IMG/VR virus record: IMGVR_UViG_3300031952_000138
Span: 1 to 24,018 of that record
DNA length: 24,018 bases
From: a virus
Lineage: Duplodnaviria; Caudoviricetes
Strand: one strand, 5' to 3'
The notes beneath the pieces are model-generated. The model was not told the DNA's origin and did no database searches. It was given only the letters and a program-made list of their open reading frames with translations. A program made the translations under genes and the position numbers. Every line of letters starts with the position of its first letter. The first letter of the stretch is position 1. Below are positions 18,153 to 24,018 of the stretch, in pieces.

Positions 18153-19951
18153 ACCCTGACGACGAGCTTGCGCTTATTGAAATCGAAAAAGAGCGACGCC
18201 GTCGGGCAAAGCTCGCCGCAGCCGTACCCACCGCCGCCGTCTCTGACGCAGGCAAGGAAGGCCGCGACGAGGAGCTGCGGCGTCGCATCGAGGCCCGCCC
18301 GTTCTACGAGCAGAGCTTCGCCACAGGTGCCAAGCAAGGCGTCACCGCTTCGTTCGGCGACGAACTGGCCGGCGCTGCCGGCGCCCTGGGCAACGTCTAC
18401 GGGCGAGCCCGCGACGCTCTCACCGGGTTCGAGCCCGTCGAGTCCGACGGGTTCATGGAATCCGCGCGCCGCGCCTACCGCGAGGCCCGCGACGAGGAGC
18501 GCAAGCGTCTCGATGAGTCCCGCGCCGCCGAGCCGCTGAAAACCGGAGCCGGGCAGGTCCTCTCCTCGTTGCTCCTGCCCGCTGGGGCCGCAGGAAAAGT
18601 CAAAGACCTCGGGAAGGCCGTGCTCACCGGCATCGGTGTCGGTGGACTGCAGGGCGTCGTGACCGGCGCAGGTGAATCCAAGACCCTCGAACCGCAGGAG
18701 CTCGTCGGAGAGATGACGAAGACCGGGCTCATGAGCGCCCTCACAGGTGGAGCTGCTCCCGCAGCCGTGCAAATGGCCCGCAGCGCCGCCCCCGCCGTCG
18801 CGTCGTTGCTGTCGAAGCCCCTCACCGAGATGGGCAAGGGTGCCGACATCGCCCGCCTTGCGACGACGAAAGGCGCGACCGGCGCGAACATCGAGGGCCT
18901 GAAAATCGTCAAGCTAGTCGAAGGCAGGGCTACGAACAGGCCGCCGGTCAAGGGTGGGGTCCCCGAGGCCGCGCGCATTATGCGCGAGTATGGAATGGCT
19001 CCGAAAGCGTCGACGACGACGGCGCTGAACGAGGCCGCAACCGAGACCCGCGAGACCGTGAGCCAGGCCAAGGAAATGCTGATGCAGCAGGCCGACCAGG
19101 CCGGCGCCAGCGTGACGTCTCTGCAGCTCGCCGAGGGACTCCGCAAGCGAGCCCGCGAGTTCCTCGCGTACAACGACGCAAACGCCCCAACGGCAGAGCT
19201 GATGTTCGCCAAGGCCGACGAGGTCGCTGGCGAGGGAAAAACGTATTCGCTGCTAGACATGCAGCGGAAAGCGAACATCACCGGCAGGCTCGCGGGCGAC
19301 TGGACGAAATCGAAGGCCGCGAACGAGTCGGTACAGGAGTACGTTCGCGCCATGCGAGACGTCACCGACGACGCCGCTGACGCCGCCTTGTTTGGTGTGC
19401 CTCCGTCAGAGGTGTCGACGATGGTCGCTCGCCTTCGAGGAAGCCCGGGACCGAAAGGTGCGAAAGACCTCTATCAGGAGTTGCGCAAGGCCGAGCAGGT
19501 CGCCTACCTCGTCGAGGAGCAGACCGCCGAGAGTCTGGGCCGCGCCGCCGGCGGCCGCTTGGTCGGACTCCGCGAGGCCGAGGTCGCGAAGGCAGGCGAG
19601 GCTATGGCCGGACCCGTCGGTGGTGCCGCCGCCGTCGGTGCATTCAAGCTCGGCAGCGCTCGCGGCTCACAAGTGCGAGCGACGGGGAAGGAGGCCGCCG
19701 CCGCCCTCGGGGAGCGCTTGGGCAACCTCTCCCGCGCCGCCGAGGCCCCGGCGAGCGCTGCGTCGGCTCGTGCCGCCGGTGCCATTACCTCGGCCGTTCG
19801 AGGCGCAGGCGAGGCCAAATACCGCGCGCCGATGTCGCCCGATGACCAGGCCTTCGCCGAGGACCTGCGGCGCCGAGGCATGTCCGAGGACGAGATTGCG
19901 AGCATCCTCGGGCTGAGTCAGCGCAGCGCGGCCCTCGATGAACTGCGTTGA
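18149..19951 (+). CDS. Putative large internal virion / DNA-ejection protein (600 aa)
   Basis: GAKQGVTASFGDELAG motif and Ala/Gly-rich amphipathic segments. ATGA-coupled, last gene of the operon. Confidence 0.65.
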   Translation: MNPDDELALIEIEKERRRRAKLAAAVPTAAVSDAGKEGRDEELRRRIEARPFYEQSFATGAKQGVTASFGDELAGAAGALGNVYGRARDALTGFEPVESDGFMESARRAYREARDEERKRLDESRAAEPLKTGAGQVLSSLLLPAGAAGKVKDLGKAVLTGIGVGGLQGVVTGAGESKTLEPQELVGEMTKTGLMSALTGGAAPAAVQMARSAAPAVASLLSKPLTEMGKGADIARLATTKGATGANIEGLKIVKLVEGRATNRPPVKGGVPEAARIMREYGMAPKASTTTALNEAATETRETVSQAKEMLMQQADQAGASVTSLQLAEGLRKRAREFLAYNDANAPTAELMFAKADEVAGEGKTYSLLDMQRKANITGRLAGDWTKSKAANESVQEYVRAMRDVTDDAADAALFGVPPSEVSTMVARLRGSPGPKGAKDLYQELRKAEQVAYLVEEQTAESLGRAAGGRLVGLREAEVAKAGEAMAGPVGGAAAVGAFKLGSARGSQVRATGKEAAAALGERLGNLSRAAEAPASAASARAAGAITSAVRGAGEAKYRAPMSPDDQAFAEDLRRRGMSEDEIASILGLSQRSAALDELR

Positions 19952-20015
19952 CGTCGACGACGCAGGCCCGTAACCTCGGGTGACGGGCCGTCGTGGGTCT
20001 GGGTTTTGTGTGTTC

Positions 20016-20053
20016 GGCAGGCGCCACCTTTCGCGGGGTGGCGTTTGTTTTTT
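20016..20053 (+). terminator. Rho-independent terminator ending the rightward late operon
   Basis: gcgccacctt-tcgc-ggggtggcgt stem followed by ttgtttttt. A second hairpin (ggcccgtaacc/ggtgacgggcc, ~19965-19989) lies upstream. Confidence 0.85.
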
Positions 20054-20125
20054 GTGCGCGCGGTCACAACGCAGCCTGCACAATGTCGCACCCGATGCAC
20101 GCAAAACGGCTTTGCAAAGCCCCAG

Positions 20126-20176
20126 AAAAAAAACATCACCACCATGCTTGACAGCATGTCGCAGCTGCGACATAGT
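20126..20176 (+). promoter_or_regulatory. Sigma70-type early promoter with A-tract and overlapping palindromic operator
   Basis: TTGACA (20148-53), 17-bp spacer, CATAGT (20171-76). A8 tract at 20126-33. Perfect palindrome ATGTCGCAGCTGCGACAT at 20156-73. Confidence 0.8.
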
Positions 20177-20222
20177 GGGCTCACGGCGCACGACACACAC
20201 CGCCGTAACAGGAGCCACGACC

Positions 20223-20468
20223 ATGACCAGCATCATCATCAGCACCATCCGCCCCACCACCACTGGCGTCCGCAGCGCACTTGACGTCACTGTTACCGTC
20301 AACGGCATCGAGGGTGAGGCCACCGTCGCTCCCGACGGAATCAACGGTGGCTACGCCGTCTACGGCGACGACGTAACTATGTGGCTCTCCGGCAACCTGT
20401 GCCGCCTGCCGCGTGACGTCATCGCCGAAATCGCCGCCGAGGTCTGCGCTGCCGCCGAGGCTTGCTGA
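20223..20468 (+). CDS. Hypothetical early protein (81 aa)
   Basis: AGGAG RBS, first gene after the promoter. Confidence 0.7.
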   Translation: MTSIIISTIRPTTTGVRSALDVTVTVNGIEGEATVAPDGINGGYAVYGDDVTMWLSGNLCRLPRDVIAEIAAEVCAAAEAC

Positions 20469-20497
20469 TTTGCCCTTCCCACAACCTGACCAGCATT

Positions 20498-20518
20498 CCC
20501 CGGTGAGCCCGGGGTTTT
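20498..20518 (+). terminator. Short terminator-like hairpin after the first early gene
   Basis: ccccgg-tgagc-ccgggg followed by tttt. Confidence 0.45.
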
Positions 20519-20558
20519 GGCGTGCCGGACCACGACACACCGCCGGCGAGGAGAACAC

Positions 20559-20762
20559 ATGGACCTGCCCGACTTTGACGTTTTGCTCCCCGACCCCGCG
20601 CGCGGTCGACACCTCGACGAGGACAACAGCGCCCTCGATGCCGTCCTCGATGGCATGACCCTCAGCGAGCTCGTCGACTGGATCCGCGACAACCGCGTCG
20701 CCCGCGAGGCCTTCGAGGCCGACTTCGCCGATGCCATCGCCGACTACTTGGCGGATGTGTGA
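20559..20762 (+). CDS. Small acidic hypothetical protein (67 aa)
   Basis: GAGGAG RBS; very Asp/Glu-rich. Confidence 0.7.
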   Translation: MDLPDFDVLLPDPARGRHLDEDNSALDAVLDGMTLSELVDWIRDNRVAREAFEADFADAIADYLADV

Positions 20763-20887
20763 CTACCGTGACGCGCCATGGGCGCGCGGGCTGGGTCGTC
20801 GCTGTCGACGGTGTCCCCGTCGTCGTCGGTGTGTCTGCTGCCGGGGCCCTTGCGGCGTTCAGTGTGCTGCGAGGGGGTGGCCGATGA
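20759..20887 (+). CDS. Small hypothetical protein (42 aa, MTTVTRHGRAGWVVAVDGVPVVVGVSAAGALAAFSVLRGGGR), absent from the ORF track
   Basis: GTGA overlap at the start and ATGA overlap at the end fill the gap exactly. Confidence 0.6.
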   Translation: MTTVTRHGRAGWVVAVDGVPVVVGVSAAGALAAFSVLRGGGR

Positions 20888-21411
20888 TTTACGCCATCGA
20901 GAGCACGCAGGGCCTCGTCCGCATCGCCGCAGGGTGGCCCTCGGTGGCGAGCTCGGGCTGGGATGCGAGCACCTGGAAGACCAACCCCGGCGCCCAGCGC
21001 GCGCTGAGCGGGGCTGTGCGCGTCGCTGCGCGCGCAGTCGACGAGACGCAGGGGAGCGTCGCCCGCACCGCCCTAGACCTGCTCACCGGCGCTTGCGTCG
21101 TGGTGTGCGATGACGACGCTCACGCCCGACACGCCGCTACGCTCGCGCTGCGGGGCCGAGTCGACGCCCGCCGCCGCACCCTGATCGCTGGCCTCGCCGC
21201 CGTCGTCGACGCTGCCCTGCTCGTCGGGCCCGGGGCAACCATCGACGGCACGGCGTGGACGCCTGAGATGTGCCTCGCGCGCATCGAGCGAGAGGTGCTG
21301 CACGTCATCGACCAGTGCGACCTCGACGCCGAGGTCGGTGCGGGATGGGCCGACGAGGGCATGCTCCGCGCCTGGGTGGCGGACCGGCAGCGTCGGCACC
21401 GCGAGCGATAG
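20884..21411 (+). CDS. Hypothetical protein (175 aa)
   Basis: ATG 20884 coupled to the upstream stop; ends at TAG 21409-11. Confidence 0.65.
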   Translation: MIYAIESTQGLVRIAAGWPSVASSGWDASTWKTNPGAQRALSGAVRVAARAVDETQGSVARTALDLLTGACVVVCDDDAHARHAATLALRGRVDARRRTLIAGLAAVVDAALLVGPGATIDGTAWTPEMCLARIEREVLHVIDQCDLDAEVGAGWADEGMLRAWVADRQRRHRER

Positions 21412-21484
21412 CTTCAAGGTTTCCCCGTCGACTTCGACGCGACGGGGAGAATGGTTGCCCTGCAGCATTCCGCTGCAGGGGTAA

Positions 21485-21570
21485 CGACCGAAACGGGGGG
21501 CGCTTGGATTCGCCACCCGTCGACGAGCAAGGCGCACCGATATCGGTGGCTCGTCCTGATGAGGACGCCT
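21485..21570 (+). ncRNA. Type II hammerhead ribozyme, predicted cleavage after C21521 (GUC)
   Basis: GAAA 21490-93. Stem III 21493-21502/21511-21520. GUC 21519-21. Stem I GACGAGC 21522-28 / GCUCGUC 21549-55. CUGAUGA 21556-62. Stem II GG(A)CG 21563-67 / CG(A)CC 21485-89. Confidence 0.88.
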
Positions 21571-21582
21571 GAAGGAGCACGC

Positions 21583-21831
21583 ATGGCCAAGAAAAAACCG
21601 AAACGAAACACGACGCTGGCGCAGGCCTCGATAATGATGGGCGTCGACCGAAAAACCATCGCCCGCTGGTGTCGCTCTGGCGCGCCACACGACCAGGTCG
21701 CATGCCCGACGACGCCCGCCGGGTTCATGTTCTACTGCAACGTCGCTGAGATGCGCTTATGGCGTGCGTCGAAGCCCGAGGGGAACCGAACCGCATTTAT
21801 CAACTACGGCGCCGTCGACGGTGACGCATGA
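21583..21831 (+). CDS. Helix-turn-helix DNA-binding protein (MerR/excisionase/lambda Nu1-type winged HTH, 82 aa)
   Basis: GAAGGAG RBS. TLAQASIMMGVDRKTIARWCRSGAP...FYCNVAEMRLW fits the A..GV...TI..W...G.P...Y....V..W pattern. Confidence 0.75.
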   Translation: MAKKKPKRNTTLAQASIMMGVDRKTIARWCRSGAPHDQVACPTTPAGFMFYCNVAEMRLWRASKPEGNRTAFINYGAVDGDA

Positions 21832-22121
21832 GCAGCCTCAACCGCAAAGGCGCCCACGATGCGCTGGTGCGCGGGACGTTCCTCGACCGCCTGGAGTTCG
21901 AGCAGCTCGCCCACGACCTCGTCGATGACCTCTGCAACGTGACCGACGTCATCGCCAAACAATGCGCCGCGCAGACTCACGCCTACATCGACCGCCCCCG
22001 CCCCTCGACGTCGCCCCCGCCGTCGAACGAAACCGAGAAGGAAACCCTGCAAACCCGCCGCGTCGCCGCCCTCGAATCCATCGCCCTCGCCCTCACGACC
22101 ATCGCAAAAAAGGACACCTGA
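21828..22121 (+). CDS. Hypothetical protein (97 aa)
   Basis: ATGA-coupled to the HTH gene. Confidence 0.6.
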   Translation: MSSLNRKGAHDALVRGTFLDRLEFEQLAHDLVDDLCNVTDVIAKQCAAQTHAYIDRPRPSTSPPPSNETEKETLQTRRVAALESIALALTTIAKKDT

Positions 22122-22123
22122 AC

Positions 22124-22861
22124 ATGCACACATCAACCGAGACCATCACCCCGACCACCGCCGCCGCCTACCTCGAACGCAACACAGCGAACCGCACCCT
22201 GAAATCCAAACACGTCGAAGCCCTGGCCGAGTCCATGATTGCAGGCCACTGGCAATGCACTCACGAGGGGATTGCGTTTGCCAAGGACGGCAGTCTCATT
22301 GACGGGCAGCACCGACTCTCCGCCGTCATCAAAAGCGGTGTGAGCATCACGTCGCTGGTGTTTCGCGACTGCGAGGCCGGCACCTTCCACGTCATCGGTG
22401 ACGCAAGCCGACGCACCGCCGCCGACGTGCTACACCTGGCCGGTGAGCTGAACACGAACAAGCTTGCCGCCGCCGCAAACTTCGCAGTCGTCGGATACGC
22501 CGCCCGCCATGCGTCAAAGACTGAGGTCGCCATGTTTGTGGCCGGAAAGCATGGCGCATTGCTGCGTCAAATGGTCCTCGGCGACGTCATACCGAGCGCA
22601 GTTATCGGCGCCCTGTCTCGTGCAGTCCGCGCCGCCGTCATCAACGAGGCCGCTGCCTTGAAGTTCTGCGACGAATACCGCCGTGGCTCATGGGACGGCC
22701 CAGACTCGGCGACGTGCATCCTGCGGTTGTCCAATGACCGCAACAGCCGCCGGGGACGAGCGCAGTACCCCTATGCCGTTCGCGCCATCATGCTGTTCGC
22801 CACCGGCCAAAATGTTGCCCGCCTCTACGCCGCTACCGAAGACTTCAAGGTGCTGTCATGA
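22124..22861 (+). CDS. ParB/Srx-like N-terminal domain protein (DGQHR type, 245 aa)
   Basis: ITPTTAAAYLERNTANR...MIAGHW...GIAF..DGSLIDGQHRLSAV is the common phage ParB-like signature. AAGGA RBS. Confidence 0.8.
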   Translation: MHTSTETITPTTAAAYLERNTANRTLKSKHVEALAESMIAGHWQCTHEGIAFAKDGSLIDGQHRLSAVIKSGVSITSLVFRDCEAGTFHVIGDASRRTAADVLHLAGELNTNKLAAAANFAVVGYAARHASKTEVAMFVAGKHGALLRQMVLGDVIPSAVIGALSRAVRAAVINEAAALKFCDEYRRGSWDGPDSATCILRLSNDRNSRRGRAQYPYAVRAIMLFATGQNVARLYAATEDFKVLS

Positions 22862-22995
22862 AATCAAAGAAGGGGACGACGTCAGCTGTCAAAACGACAT
22901 ACCAGCGAAACGGCAGAGGGGCAGGAACGACGCCGTCAAACCTTCTCGATGCAATCAACGCTCTGCCAAAACCAACAAAGAAAGAAACACCATGA
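22858..22995 (+). CDS. Small basic protein (45 aa, MKSKKGTTSAVKTTYQRNGRGAGTTPSNLLDAINALPKPTKKETP), absent from the ORF track
   Basis: ATGA overlaps at both ends. Confidence 0.5.
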   Translation: MKSKKGTTSAVKTTYQRNGRGAGTTPSNLLDAINALPKPTKKETP

Positions 22996-23675
22996 CCATC
23001 ACCATTCACGCCGACCTCGCCCAGGGCACGCAGGAATGGCTGCAGGCTCGATGCGGTCTGCTCACCGCGAGCCAGATGAAGCTCGTTCTCACCCCTGGGC
23101 GGTTGAAGCCCGCCGACAACGACAAGTCCCGCGCTCACCTGTACGAGCTGCTCGCCCAGCGTGTCACGCAGTACGTCGAACCTGCGTTCGTCAGCGACGA
23201 CATGTTGCGAGGGCAGACCGACGAGGGTGAGGCCCTCGACATTTACGAGGAAAACTACGCGCCCATCGAGCGCGTCGGGCTCATCACCAACGACCGCTGG
23301 GGTTTCCCTATCGGCTACAGCCCCGACGCCCTTGTCGGGGTCGACGGGCTCGTCGAGGTCAAATCGCGGCGAGGCAAATACCAGGTGCAGACGATTCTCT
23401 CGAACGCCATGCCCGACGACTACCTGCTGCAGGTGCAGACCGGCCTGCTCGTCAGCGAGCGCAGCTGGGTCGACTTCGTTTCGTTTTCCGCCGGTCTCCC
23501 GATGCTGACCCTGCGCATCTATCCAGACCCGGTCATTCATGCCGCCATCGTCGAGGCCGCTGCGGCGTTCCATGTCCGTCTCGACGAGGAGTATCAGCGC
23601 ATCGTCGAGGCCATGAGCTCCCCCGATTTCCGCCTCATCCCCACCGAGCGAAAGGACGACGGCATCAATATCTGA
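22992..23675 (+). CDS. YqaJ / lambda-exonuclease family recombination nuclease
   Basis: Motifs QGTQEWLQARCGLLTAS, MLRGQTDE, YSPDALV, LVEVKS and YLLQVQTGL. Confidence 0.9.
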   Translation: MTITIHADLAQGTQEWLQARCGLLTASQMKLVLTPGRLKPADNDKSRAHLYELLAQRVTQYVEPAFVSDDMLRGQTDEGEALDIYEENYAPIERVGLITNDRWGFPIGYSPDALVGVDGLVEVKSRRGKYQVQTILSNAMPDDYLLQVQTGLLVSERSWVDFVSFSAGLPMLTLRIYPDPVIHAAIVEAAAAFHVRLDEEYQRIVEAMSSPDFRLIPTERKDDGINI

Positions 23676-23718
23676 GCAACGAGACAGCACACACCAACGA
23701 CCACCAGGAGCACGCACC

Positions 23719-24018
23719 ATGACCACCAGCAACAGCAACAGCATCGACGTCGGGGCCACCATCGCGCCCAAATCCGACCAGCTGAACGCCGACGACCTTA
23801 TCGTCGGCCCTCGAACCATCACCCTCAACGCCGTCAAGGCCCGCGCCAGCACCGGGCAGGGAGACCAACCCATCGCGTTGTGCTTCGACGGCGACAACGG
23901 CAAACCGTACCTCCCGTGCAAGTCCATGCGCCGCGTCCTCGTCCACGTCTGGGGCCGCGACGGTGGCGCCTACGTCGGTCGCTCGATGACGCTGTTCCGC
24001 GACGAGGCCGTCGTCTTC
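23719..24018 (+). CDS. Conserved phage protein following YqaJ, candidate ssDNA-binding/annealing partner; 3' truncated
   Basis: AGGAG RBS. TIAPKSDQLNADDLIVGPRTIT...KPYLPCKSMRRVLVHVWG is a sequence type I recognise next to phage exonucleases; the function is inferred. Confidence 0.6.
   Translation, partial: MTTSNSNSIDVGATIAPKSDQLNADDLIVGPRTITLNAVKARASTGQGDQPIALCFDGDNGKPYLPCKSMRRVLVHVWGRDGGAYVGRSMTLFRDEAVVF

Noticed and set aside
19955-20010. Hairpin after the last structural gene as an HDV-like or other ribozyme
   Set aside because: No nested double pseudoknot or catalytic motif could be built; a simple stem-loop ahead of the terminator is enough.
22868-22946. Second hammerhead-like fold (GCTG/CAGC-GAAAC-GGC...GCC-GTC, AGAAGG/CCTTCT)
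   Set aside because: The CUGANGA core is absent (GACGTCA in its place), stem I does not abut the cleavage site, and the region reads as a coupled ORF.
1-24018. CRISPR array, tRNA, integrase/att site, diversity-generating retroelement or alternative genetic code
   Set aside because: No spaced repeats, cloverleaf, recombinase, reverse transcriptase or TR/VR pair seen. Genes are intact and tightly packed under the standard code.

Overview
High-GC fragment of a tailed bacteriophage or prophage, probably podovirus-like (no tape-measure or sheath gene visible). Virion genes form two divergent operons from a 57-bp gap at 12902-12958. The leftward operon runs glycine-zipper protein, portal, tail/fiber proteins, P22 gp10-like tail hub, CHAP amidase, GroES-like co-chaperonin, candidate TerS, TerL. 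The rightward operon runs scaffold, major capsid, membrane proteins, head-tail adaptor, two large ejection-type proteins. After a terminator at ~20020-20053, a sigma70-type promoter carrying a perfect 18-bp palindrome starts an early/recombination operon: small ORFs, a Nu1/MerR-type HTH, a ParB-like DGQHR protein, a YqaJ exonuclease and its partner. A RusA-like resolvase sits at the left end. The main non-coding discovery is a complete type II hammerhead ribozyme at 21485-21570, with a predicted pseudoknot, directly in front of the HTH gene's ribosome-binding site and inside a larger structured leader that could act as a switch. GATC is also strongly depleted. All protein calls come from motif recognition and synteny by eye; no database searches were run.
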